Assembly: GCA_032718475.1 (NCBI GenBank)
Contig: JAUCBJ010005287.1
Location: 1 to 47,253 of the forward strand
Length of the DNA stretch: 47,253 bases
Direction of reading: 5' to 3'
Origin: Nemertoderma westbladi
Lineage: Eukaryota; Animalia; Xenacoelomorpha
Both the position numbers and the translations under genes were made by a program. The notes beneath the pieces are model-generated. The model was not told the origin of the DNA. It did not search any database and saw only the letters and a program-made list of their open reading frames with translations. Of the stretch, positions 11,401 to 21,362 are shown piece by piece. How positions within the stretch are numbered: position 1 is the first letter of the stretch; each line of letters starts with the position of its first letter.

Positions 11401-14400
11401 CCCAGAAGACATCAAGGGTTACACCTATAACACCAGTTCTAACAGAAATGGGTACTTACTTTTAGACCTAATGGAAGAATGTGAATTGATACCAACAAAC
11501 AACACATTCGAAAAGAGTAAGGGGAAGCTATGGACCTTTCAATACCCTAATGGAACCAAAGCACAACTGGATTACATCCTTATAAACAAAAAGTGGAGAA
11601 ATAGCATGATCAACTGCGAGGCATACAGCTCGTTCAACCTAATTGGTTCGGACCTCAGAATTGTGACTGCAGAGATCAGACTCAGTTTGAGAGCCAGCAA
11701 ACCCAGGACAAGCAAGCAAATCAACTATGACTGGGAGAAACTCAGAACTGACAATGCTGTAAAGGATGCTTATACAGTAGAAGTTCAAAACCGCTTTGAA
11801 GCACTTCAGTCAATGGATGAAGACCAATCCACCGATTCAATATACCAGAATATAATAACAGCCCACAAGGAATCAGCTAAGAGGCATATCCCCCAGAAAC
11901 CTAAACGAAAACAGTATGTGCCATGGCAAAACTCTGAGGTTACTTGTAAGAGAGAAGATCTTAAGATAGCCTACAAAGTTAAAACCGAACAACCAACAAC
12001 CGAAAACATTAACAAGGTTGAGAAAGCTAAGGAGGATCTTAAATTGGCCTACAACATCAGCCAGGAAAAGTACATACAGGATAAAACTGAAGCAATTACA
12101 ACTGCTCACATACAGCAACAATCAAGACTTACCTGGCAAACTGTAAATGAGGTATCTGGTCGGAAAAGTTGTGCAAATGGGCGCCTCAAAGCCGATAGTC
12201 CTGAAGAACGTGTTGGGAAGTGGAAAAATCACTTCAGCAACTTGCTTGGGCAGCCACCAAACATCGAGGTCAGCCCTACAAGGAAAATATATGACAAGAC
12301 ACTACCTATAGAAACAGGGGACTTCACACCTGCCGAACTCCAAAGAAGCATTAAAAGCATGTCAAATAATAAAGCGAGTGGATTAGATGAAATCCCAGCG
12401 GAGGTATGGAAAACCGGAGTGCTAAATAGACCATTATTGAATGTTTGCAACCGGATGTTAAAAGGGGAAAAGCCACCACCAATTTGGACTAAAGGTCAAC
12501 TAAAGCCTCTTCCCAAGAAAGGAGACCTCGGCATACCAACAAACTATAGTGGGATCTGTCTGCTTGTGGTAGCTGCCAAAATATATAATAAAATGATTCT
12601 ATATAGGATTAGGCCTCACATAGAGAAACTACTGCGTAAGAGCCAAAACGGATTTCGACCAAGTAGATCAACAATAGCTCAGATACTTGCACTACGGAGA
12701 CTGATTGAAGGAATTAAGTCAAAGAATCTCCCCGCAGTCATGACTTTTGTGGACTTCAAGAAGGCATTCGACTCCATCCATAGAGGTAAAATGCTTGAAA
12801 TCCTAAGAGCTTATGGAATACTAGAAGTAATTGTTGCTGGCATTGGATTGTTATATTGTGACACAGAAGCGCAGGTACTCTCACCAGATGGTGAAACTGA
12901 GTTTTTCTCAATCCTGGCTGGCGTACTGCAAGGTGACACATTAGCACCATTACTATTTGTAATTGTGCTGGATTACGCAATGAGGACGGCCACAAAGGGT
13001 GAAGATCTGGGATTCACACTTCAAGAACGCAGAAGTAGTAGATATCCGGCAACTACAGTCACAGACACCGACTTTGCGGATGACATCGCCCTGCTCTCTA
13101 ATACGCTAGCAGATGCACAGCTTCTACTAAATAAAGTGGAGAGGGCTGCTAAGGAGGTTGGATTGCATATAAATGCTACCAAGACCGAATTCATGACCTT
13201 TAACCTAAGGAAGGTCGATTACTTCCAGTACCTTGGATCATGGATAGAGAGTAGCAAAAAGGACATAGAAGTTAGGAAAGCAAAGGCTTGGGTAGCTCTA
13301 TCAAAAATGGATACCATCTGGAAATCAGATCTCTCCAGGCACCTGAAGACTAAGTTCTTTCGAGCCACAGTGGAAAGTGTATTTTTATACGGCGGTGAGA
13401 CCTGGACACTGACTAAATCACTTGAACAACGAATTGATGGTTGCTACACAAGACTACTAAGGGCAGCCCTAAACATCAGCTGGAGACAACACATGACAAA
13501 CGCCGAGCTTTATGGTACAATACCACCTGTATCAACCACCCTCCGTAAACGCAGATTAAGATTCAGTGGGCACTGCTGGCGAAGTAAAGACGAGGTCATA
13601 CCAGATCTACTTCTCTGGCAACCAACTCATGGAAAGCGTAGTCGTGGACGACCTGCCATAACATATATAGATCAACTTGAAAGGGATACTGAACTTGGGA
13701 GAAACGAAATTGCGACAACTATGGAGAATCGGGAAGCCTGGAAGGATCTCATTTCCACTGTCCGAGTTCGCTCGACCTCGTATTAGTAGTAGTTGGTTGG
13801 CAGCTAGAGTGGTTACAGGAGTGGTGGCACAAATTATTATAAGTCGTTGGTTGGCAGCTAGAGTGGTTACAGGAGTGGTGGCACAAATTATTATAAGTCG
13901 TTGGTTGGCAGCTAGAGTGGTTACAGGAGTGGTGGCACAAATTATTATAAGTCGTTGGTTGGCAGCTAGAGTGGTTACAGGAGTGGTGGCACAAATTATT
14001 ATAAGTGGCTGGTTGGCAGCTAGAGTGGTTACAGGAGTGGTGGCACAAATTATTATAAGTGGTTGGTTGGCAGCTAGAGTGGTTACAGGAGTGGTGGCAC
14101 AAATTATTATAAGTGGCTGGTTGGCAGCTAGAGTGGTTACAGTAGTGGTGGCACAAATTATTATAAGTGGCTGGTTGGCAGCTAGAGTGGTTACAGTAGT
14201 GGTGGCACAAATTATTATAAGTCGTTGGTTGGCAGCTAGAGTGGTTACAGGAGTGGTGGCACAAATTATTATAGGTCGTTGGTTGGCAGCTAGAGTGGTT
14301 ACAGGAGTGGTGGCACAAATTATTATAAGTCGTTGGTTGGCAGCTAGAGTGGTTACAGGAGTGGTGGCACAAATTATTATAAGTCGTTGGTTGGCAGCTA

Positions 14401-17400
14401 GAGTGGTTACAGGAGTGGTGGCACAAATTATTATAAGTGGCTGGTTGGCAGCTAGAGTGGTTACAGGAGTGGTGGCACAAATTATTATAAGTGGTTGGTT
14501 GGCAGCTAGAGTGGTTACAGGAGTGGTGGCACAAATTATTATAGGTCGTTGGTTGGCAGCTAGAGTGGTTACAGGAGTGGTGGCACAAATTATTATAAGT
14601 CGTTGGTTGGCAGCTAGAGTGGTTACAGGAGTGGTGGCACAAATTATTATAAGTCGTTGGTTGGCAGCTAGAGTGGTTACAGGAGTGGTGGCACAAATTA
14701 TTATAAGTCGTTGGTTGGCAGCTAGAGTGATTACAGGAGTGGTGGCACAAATTCTTAATTAAAATTTCATGAAACTCACAATCAAGAAATTCTTAGACTA
14801 GGATTTTTGTTTGGGTTACATTGACTGGCCTATTTGGACACCACAATAGTATAAACCTTGCCAATGGAATGAGCATGTTCTAAAATCTCAGAGGCTAAGC
14901 TATATGGCCGATTTACCTACTTTGAAAACAATTTCGACCGTCTTTCACTTTTGGTAGACTTTTAGTGTCTGTTTCAAATCCGTGTATTCCCTCATACTCT
15001 AACTTACTTTTGATTATTAATAATGAATCAAAAAATCATAATACGTTGAAATATGTCCGCTTTCAGATGAAGCAAATAAAAACTTTATAGCTCCAGTAAT
15101 TTTCAAGATATGGGGAGTACCTCTCACCCATGTCAGTATTTTTGGAAATTGAAAAAAATTACTCACTATACACCTCCCATCAATTACATATTTTTAATTA
15201 GGGCCAAGTAGTTTCGACGCACTAGACCTAATGTTTTCTCTTGTATTCTAACTAAGAGAGATATCTGTCTCATAAAATTTAGGAGGATTGCAGCAGCTTG
15301 GGGGGTCGTATCTGTTGTGCCGGTAGGTCATAAACCACTGCGAGGGTCACGCTTGGATAGGGACCACTCTTTATCCTAGAATGATTCACAGGGGGTTATC
15401 CAGCTGTCAGAGACAAAAATAATGAAGATGGGAGTTGATATGGCATTTTATTTGTTGTACTTACTCAAAATATTGTAGTGCCGGTGACTCGCCATGTGTA
15501 GTGAGATTGTAAGTGATATTATCCATGGTAACTGTTCCGTTATGGGAACCTGTGGAACACAGCGGGGTGTTCCAATTATTGGTACAGAACTTCCACGGTA
15601 CATCACGCCGAAATGACTGAACTGCAAAATAGTTTCATATAATTGTGTCAGTAATATCTCGCCCATTGTGTAAGTAATAAAATACACACACTTCACGGAA
15701 TATTAATTTAAAATGGTTATTATTTTACGACAGTTGCTCAAGTAACCCATAATTGTAACTTTCGACTCGATTACATAATTAACATGATAGCTAGTAATTA
15801 ATAATTATTTGAGTATTATGCGTCACAAGGTTTATCATTTGGTATAATTTCCCGCCGCAAGTAATATTTATAGCGATATTAGATATATTTCGTTAGATAT
15901 CTGCGGTTTTTTTAACTGAACTATTTATGGAAGAAGTATAGCCAGGTATTGTAGTTGTGCGTGTAACCATTATTCTGTTTTTTTTTCAATGACTGTTTTT
16001 GGCTATTGATTTATGTTAACTTTCTGGAACATAATTATGGGAGGGGGGGGGGGGGGGGGGGTTAGTGCATTAAGTCTATAGGGTTATCGACAAGTACGAC
16101 GGTTACGCATGATGCCAATATTACGGCCCAATAATATTATATATAATAATATATAATATTAAGCGGAAACAGTATATTAAATTCGCAACCGAAGCAACAG
16201 AACTCTTAACAAGTGTTCCAGAAAGTTTAAAATATTACATGGCAACTGTTGAAGTAAACTCTAAGAATGAGATCTAGAACTAGCGTTTATCATAAATAAT
16301 AATAATCTTTTTACAGTAGTTTATCATAAATGTATCATAAATATGATGCAAATTGCAATCTTTTACTAAACAAATATTTTTTGTATTTTTTATAAACATT
16401 CCAGTTAGGATATGAAAACTCGAGTTATTATTGAATACACGGGCGAGCTACCTCGAAAATTTAACATGTTCGGAGTCGAAAACATAAATCAATAGACAAA
16501 AAAAGCAATAAAACAACTATTAAAAAAGCACAAAAAGGTGACAAGGGATAAAAATATATCCAGGAACGGTTTCGACATCCGATCCATTATTTCCTTATAT
16601 ATTGGTTATTTTTTCTAGTGAAAATTGGCACTAGTTCGATATGTGTCACCATTTGCATTTTCACGGAATTTATCCTAATTGTGTTTGCGACTTTTTATCA
16701 ATTTTTTTTAAATAAGATCGGCTTGTACTAAATTTTCTGATAGCCGGTGCATTTTTACGGTAGCTAGTGTTTTTTAAAGGTGGGCGTAGGCAGCATCTAG
16801 TTACGTAATAAATAATTAATTATTCGAGATCATTAAATTATTTAACAGTAAGGCAGAATCAGGAGTTTAATAGTAAAATAATTTGCAATCACAATATCTA
16901 TGGAAGCAATATAGTAAAATATTACAGTTCAATATAATAATGTTTTGTAAGACTATTTCGTTCGATCTTTTAATAAAGAATCAAGCAACAAAAAGAATAT
17001 TTATATTTTTTTTATTTGGTTTTGCAGGCGCCCTTAGGGTATATTTACATTCTTATCAGGGCGTAAAAAGTACCGATTTAAGAATAAAATTACTTGTTAC
17101 ATGGGAAAATACGTAGAACGTTTTTTTCCCCAAGTATTAAATAATTATATTTTACTTTTTTTCGCTATGTATGCAATCCAATTGGTTACTTCATTCCTCA
17201 GGGAAAAAAAATTACTTTTCCCCCGGTTTTGGACTATATTTGAGGGAAAAAGTAACAATTCAAGAATAAAACACATTTTTACGGATAAATGAATAATGTC
17301 AGAAACCTACAAAATATAACTTGTAAAAATTTGATGACTGGTTTGTGGACATGCGTGTTTTTGCCTAGGAAAAGAAGAGAGATTATACCAAAAAAAAACA

Positions 17401-20400
17401 CGCTTGTTGAAAAGTTATACTGTATTTCCTCGGATTTCTCAGAATGAATTTTTTATTGAGTATGCTTCTTCAATTACAATGTCTCCTATAATTACGCAAA
17501 TTTTCAAAATTAGCAGAAAACATTGCCGAAGAAGATAATTACTAATATAAGCAAAATATATGGAAATTACTTTGTAAAGTATTATCGTTCTGAACTCCGT
17601 CGTTACATCAATTCGTTGAGACAATATGTCCAAAATAATAAATACTTAATTGAATTGTAATGGCAGCAATAGAAGACATTTATATTAAGTTCCTTAGTTA
17701 TGTAAATTTGTTCAACAAATACCGTTTTTGGTGCGTTTGCATGACCTGCGGATTAGCGACGTTAGCAGCGCTTGCTATCGGTAAGACCGTAGTTTACAGA
17801 CTGTTTACAACGCGGTTGAGAAATCTATTAGGTTTCAATGTTGTGGTAAATCAAGGCGATAATTATGAGAGGCGGAGAATGAGAGGAAGAGGGCCGCGAG
17901 TGAAATTATCCGCGAGTTCTGTGAGTCAGGCGTTAGGTGGAGTCACGAGTCTTCCGGGGATCTCCGACGATTGGGGCAGGAAAGTGGGGAGTTTCATTGA
18001 GTCGAACAATGATGTTGCGACAACTCCTCACAAAAAGTTGCCTACAAGAAGGGTACCGCCGAGGCGAACCCAAACCCCACCGAGAAACCAGTACATCTGG
18101 AACGCGAGTAAACTACGACATCTGGAGGACTTCGAAGAATCAACTACTTCGAGTAAGACGACCAGCGACGAAGTTTCAGATGGATTTAAGAGTTGTGTTG
18201 AACTCAAACAAAAAATAAAAGACCTTACAGCCGCACTGGATAAAGAAACGTCCCAGAAAGCTTTTGAAACATTAGAGAGGTTGGCAGTAGAAGATAATCT
18301 TTTGGAATACAAAGTGCAAAACGAAGAACTCGCCAGTAAAGTAGATTTATTAATGATGGAAAGGGAAGAACAAACACAACAGCTTGTTGACTTGAAAAAT
18401 GTGTTATTAAATGAAAGAGTGGCTAGCGAACAACTAGTTCACAATCTGAAGAATGAACTTGATGAAGAAAGATGTAAATCAGAAAGTCTAAATAGGAATA
18501 ATATTGATATCAAGTCGGGTGATGCGGAGATGGTACCAGTCGGGATGTTAAAGGAAAAGGAAGCAGAGATTAAGGAGCTTCACACTGATATGGAGTCGCT
18601 CATGAAGGTAGTCAAAGATATGGAATTGCAAGTGAAACAATTGGCTCTTTCTCAAGAAAATAACAACGATTTATCAAACGACAACATCCTTAGTGTCAGC
18701 GATAGTCCAGTGGCGATAGTACCTTCTTCACTTTAACAATAATAACTATCTTAACAAAGGAATGGGGAACTATTTCTTTTAAACAACGTATATTTCGTAT
18801 GGTTGCCCACTTCAGCAACAACAAAATAATATACAGAAGTTTATTGTTCTTCTTTAACTGTTGTTAACTGTTTACTGTATTTGCCGTGGGAATTTGCTGT
18901 GACCTTCGAAGGCAAATCAATATCCCCTGGCGATTTTATGTAAGATTCCACAGTAAACCCTTCCAGTCTCACGTAAATGGAGTTACATTACTGTAATATT
19001 GATCTTTGATAAGACATACAAAATGTGTGTAACGTAACCAACAGAGTGATTCTTATTCAGTTTTTTTTATTTATGATGTACAATATCCTTTGTAGTTCGC
19101 AATACGCAATAATAAGTTGTGCAACTACTACTGTAGATAATGTACCGGTACTTACCCAAGTAAAATAACGCCCACGCGATAATCGCATTATAATAAAACG
19201 CAACGTAGAAGGCAATGAGGCAAGCAGAATAGCCAACACCTATGGTAGATAAATAATACATATCAGTTTTAATCTCCCATTATGGAACATCAAGTTTGAT
19301 TAACGAAATTCGTTTGCCATTCAATAAAATAGACCCATTTCACCTCCATTAGTCTGTACATATACAGTACATACATACACATAACTTATATTTACTTACC
19401 TTTAAGGATAGGACAGCATCTTGGCCAAATTGTAATGGGTCCCTGCCGCTGGTACTGGCCGAGGGCCAACTCCATGTAAAACAAAGGGATTCCGCCGATT
19501 ACCAACATCAGAACGTAAGGAATCAAAAACGCTCCTAAATAATTAATTGAGGTCGGATTTTATCGGAAACCAGAAATTTGGTTGGACGTCGGAATTTATA
19601 AAATTTGTCACCTCACCTGCATTGAGCCGAATTACAAATTAAACTAATAATAATACAGTAATAAATGAATTGTTGTGGGGTGAATGACAGTGATGTCATA
19701 TTGTCCTATTACATTATATAATTTGAAATATTGCTGAGGCGAATGTTGACATTTTTCTAAGTTAGAAAATCTGTAATGAACCTCATGGAGTGAACCTCTC
19801 TCTGTACCGATAGGGAACATCATGGCCTACTGCCTGCAGAAAATCACTGATTGTTAATCTTACCGCCCCCGTTTTTGTAGCACAAGTACGGAAACCTCCA
19901 AATATTAGCCAGATCCACCGCGAATCCGATGACAGAAAGTAGGAAGTCCGCTTTGCCGCTCCAAGTTATCCGGTTAAAATCATCCGAATCAATTGCGGCG
20001 ACCTGCGAAAATAACAAGCAATATCTCAGTATTATTCTAAACTAAAACTAATTAAATAAAGTATAGGTAACCTAGTAGTTGTGGCACGGTTAGCGCCCCG
20101 GCCAGCCTATATTAACATATTGAAAGAAACTATGTCATTAAAAATATTAGTAATAATAAAAAACAAGCAATATTCGATATTGTATATATCACACGATCAC
20201 TTGAAAAATATAAAAAGATTTTATACGTAGGCCTACTTCTTTCTGGCAGAATATGATAAAGGAGGTAAACCTGCCTAAACTGTGCAGCAATCGGTGGGGG
20301 TACCCTCAGCGACAATAGTGTCCAGTGTCTTAACTAAACGGTGATCTTAAAAACAATACAATATAGCAGCCATGACAGAGGAATCAAATACTTGCAGTTT

Positions 20401-21362
20401 CCACGGGAAATGTGCAGATGAATTCTTATTGCAAAATATCGAAAATTTGGTTTAACGTTTTCACATTCACATTTTCAGTTTCACAGTTTCACATTTTCAT
20501 TTGTGTAAATTCATAATGGTTTCTAGTTTCGTGTCCGCAGTAATAAAGGTCCTTAATACACGTATGAATTGCACGGTACAATTTTAATATTATTTATGAC
20601 AGATGGAGGGATATCGTCAGTTTGACCGTTTATAACAAAAAAATTTGATTTACTTTCATTGATCACCAATACCGTACCGGATATATTGCCTACATTGTAA
20701 TGTGAAAAAAAATCGAGCAACATTTCCTCTGAAAATACTGAGCGAACATTCGAGACAGGGGGGAAACTGGACGCAAAACCCGCCTTGGCGAATTAATAAT
20801 ATCCCGCCTCAATGTTAATCAATGTTAATTTAACCAAAACAACAAACTAAACACATTAGAACAGGTTACAGTTTTATTTTTGAGAGTAATCATCTGTTAT
20901 TAATTTGCGTCGAATTTCCCCTGGAGAGGGTTTAACTTTTATTGTGTCCAGTTTCCCCCCCTATCTGGAACATTCTTGTAATTGGTTCTCAAACATTCCG
21001 AACTTACTACCGAACGAACTATAAAGATAAAGACAAAATACTGAAAACGGATGAGTTGACTGATCATCTATTACATTATGTCGGCCTATGTTTGGGTAAT
21101 TATTTAATTCTGTCTAGGCCATTTGATTAGTTGCAAATCAGGTTTTTTTTACTTTTCCCATATATGCAGCTGGTGCTAAGTGATCCATATGGTTTACCTG
21201 TAAATCAACCACCTCTTCATACGGAGGCGGTTTTTCTTCGATTGTTTTTCCGCTTCCCAGTTTAATTTCCTTCATCGATATCGCGGTATCGCAATCACTG
21301 AGTCCCGAAACATCCACTCCGAAATCGCTGAAGCGACCAGAGGCAATATTTATACCTGCCAT
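5286..21362 (-). CDS. SLC6A2/SLC6A3-like: Na+/Cl--dependent monoamine transporter (SLC6, dopamine/noradrenaline/octopamine transporter-like), 13 exons visible, 600 codons, C-terminus unresolved
   Basis: join(complement): 21198-21362, 19864-20002, 19400-19534, 19156-19239, 15465-15621, 10885-11023, 8227-8350, 7918-8032, 7469-7580, 6243-6368, 5881-6122, 5573-5663, 5286-5456. All introns are GT-AG with compatible phases (sum 1800 nt). Motifs: [92 protein letters not shown]. Confidence 0.95.
5573..5663 (-). CDS. SLC6 exon 12 (TM11 start)
   Basis: [30 protein letters not shown]. Confidence 0.95.
5881..6122 (-). CDS. SLC6 exon 11 (TM8-TM10)
   Basis: [10 protein letters not shown]...[15 protein letters not shown]...[12 protein letters not shown]. 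Confidence 0.95.
6243..6368 (-). CDS. SLC6 exon 10 (EL4 and TM8)
   Basis: [42 protein letters not shown]. Confidence 0.95.
7469..7580 (-). CDS. SLC6 exon 9 (TM7)
   Basis: [37 protein letters not shown]. Confidence 0.95.
7918..8032 (-). CDS. SLC6 exon 8 (TM6)
   Basis: [38 protein letters not shown]. Confidence 0.95.
8227..8350 (-). CDS. SLC6 exon 7 (TM5)
   Basis: tttag|[41 protein letters not shown]|gtagg. Confidence 0.93.
8351..10415 (-). repeat. 53/60/61-bp minisatellite made of the exon-7 acceptor plus exon start, about 36 extra copies
   Basis: Each unit reads tttag|GTTGTTTGGGTGACTGCCACTCTGCCATAT, matching the first 30-50 nt of exon 7. Confidence 0.97.
10885..11023 (-). CDS. SLC6 exon 6 (TM4)
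   Basis: [46 protein letters not shown]|gtaag. Confidence 0.95.
11280..13791 (+). mobile_element. 5'-truncated RTE-type non-LTR retrotransposon (partial APE plus RT), young
   Basis: Uninterrupted frame from about 11279 (PTN...[10 protein letters not shown]) to the stop at 13786; RT motifs [28 protein letters not shown]; RTE-like C-terminus GHCWR...GKRSRGRP; (TAG)n tail; TSD GTTGGTTGGC at 11270-11279 and 13792-13801. Confidence 0.93.
11471..13786 (+). CDS. LINE endonuclease/reverse transcriptase ORF (N-terminally truncated)
   Basis: 771-aa ORF with the APE C-terminal part (LDYIL, SDLR) and a full RT domain. Confidence 0.9.
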   Translation: MEECELIPTNNTFEKSKGKLWTFQYPNGTKAQLDYILINKKWRNSMINCEAYSSFNLIGSDLRIVTAEIRLSLRASKPRTSKQINYDWEKLRTDNAVKDAYTVEVQNRFEALQSMDEDQSTDSIYQNIITAHKESAKRHIPQKPKRKQYVPWQNSEVTCKREDLKIAYKVKTEQPTTENINKVEKAKEDLKLAYNISQEKYIQDKTEAITTAHIQQQSRLTWQTVNEVSGRKSCANGRLKADSPEERVGKWKNHFSNLLGQPPNIEVSPTRKIYDKTLPIETGDFTPAELQRSIKSMSNNKASGLDEIPAEVWKTGVLNRPLLNVCNRMLKGEKPPPIWTKGQLKPLPKKGDLGIPTNYSGICLLVVAAKIYNKMILYRIRPHIEKLLRKSQNGFRPSRSTIAQILALRRLIEGIKSKNLPAVMTFVDFKKAFDSIHRGKMLEILRAYGILEVIVAGIGLLYCDTEAQVLSPDGETEFFSILAGVLQGDTLAPLLFVIVLDYAMRTATKGEDLGFTLQERRSSRYPATTVTDTDFADDIALLSNTLADAQLLLNKVERAAKEVGLHINATKTEFMTFNLRKVDYFQYLGSWIESSKKDIEVRKAKAWVALSKMDTIWKSDLSRHLKTKFFRATVESVFLYGGETWTLTKSLEQRIDGCYTRLLRAALNISWRQHMTNAELYGTIPPVSTTLRKRRLRFSGHCWRSKDEVIPDLLLWQPTHGKRSRGRPAITYIDQLERDTELGRNEIATTMENREAWKDLISTVRVRSTSY
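15465..15621 (-). CDS. SLC6 exon 5 (extracellular loop 2)
   Basis: [22 protein letters not shown]...ESPALQYFE with the conserved disulfide pair and N-glycosylation sequons; not in the ORF track in this frame. Confidence 0.93.
17660..18736 (+). CDS. Nested intronless 358-aa protein: N-terminal hydrophobic segment, basic/Ser-Pro-rich linker, C-terminal coiled coil
   Basis: Long ATG-initiated ORF in AT-rich intron 4 of the SLC6 gene; hydrophobic stretch [23 protein letters not shown]; heptad-like E/K/L-rich C-terminal half; no TE motifs seen. Confidence 0.75.
   Translation: MAAIEDIYIKFLSYVNLFNKYRFWCVCMTCGLATLAALAIGKTVVYRLFTTRLRNLLGFNVVVNQGDNYERRRMRGRGPRVKLSASSVSQALGGVTSLPGISDDWGRKVGSFIESNNDVATTPHKKLPTRRVPPRRTQTPPRNQYIWNASKLRHLEDFEESTTSSKTTSDEVSDGFKSCVELKQKIKDLTAALDKETSQKAFETLERLAVEDNLLEYKVQNEELASKVDLLMMEREEQTQQLVDLKNVLLNERVASEQLVHNLKNELDEERCKSESLNRNNIDIKSGDAEMVPVGMLKEKEAEIKELHTDMESLMKVVKDMELQVKQLALSQENNNDLSNDNILSVSDSPVAIVPSSL
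19156..19239 (-). CDS. SLC6 exon 4 (TM3)
   Basis: [28 protein letters not shown], canonical splice sites. Confidence 0.95.
19400..19534 (-). CDS. SLC6 exon 3 (TM2)
   Basis: [45 protein letters not shown], canonical splice sites. Confidence 0.95.
19864..20002 (-). CDS. SLC6 exon 2 (TM1)
   Basis: cgcag|[46 protein letters not shown]|gtaag. Confidence 0.95.
20744..20975. mobile_element. Small MITE-like inverted-repeat element in SLC6 intron 1
   Basis: AGGGGGGAAACTGGAC (20757) versus GTCCAGTTTCCCCCC (20946), with imperfect outward extension. Confidence 0.6.
21198..21362 (-). CDS. SLC6 exon 1 (cytoplasmic N-terminus MAGINIASG...[11 protein letters not shown])
   Basis: ATG at 21362, phase-0 donor CAG|gtaaac matching the phase-0 exon 2; not itself a conserved region. 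Confidence 0.7.

Larger units (their letters stand above)
11050..14753. repeat. 54-bp minisatellite (about 4 copies at 11050-11279 and about 18 at 13792-14753), split by a LINE
   Basis: Unit GTTGGCAGCTAGAGTGGTTACAGGAGTGGTGGCACAAATTATTATAAGTCGTTG. Confidence 0.97.

Noticed and set aside
13677-14762. Cys/His-rich ([18 protein letters not shown])n as a metal-binding protein or transporter loop exon
   Set aside because: 54-bp minisatellite open in several frames and interrupted by a LINE; the real EL2 exon is at 15465-15621 and splices in phase to 11023.
15200-15400. tRNA-derived SINE or third hammerhead motif
   Set aside because: No clear A/B boxes, cloverleaf or CUGANGA core.
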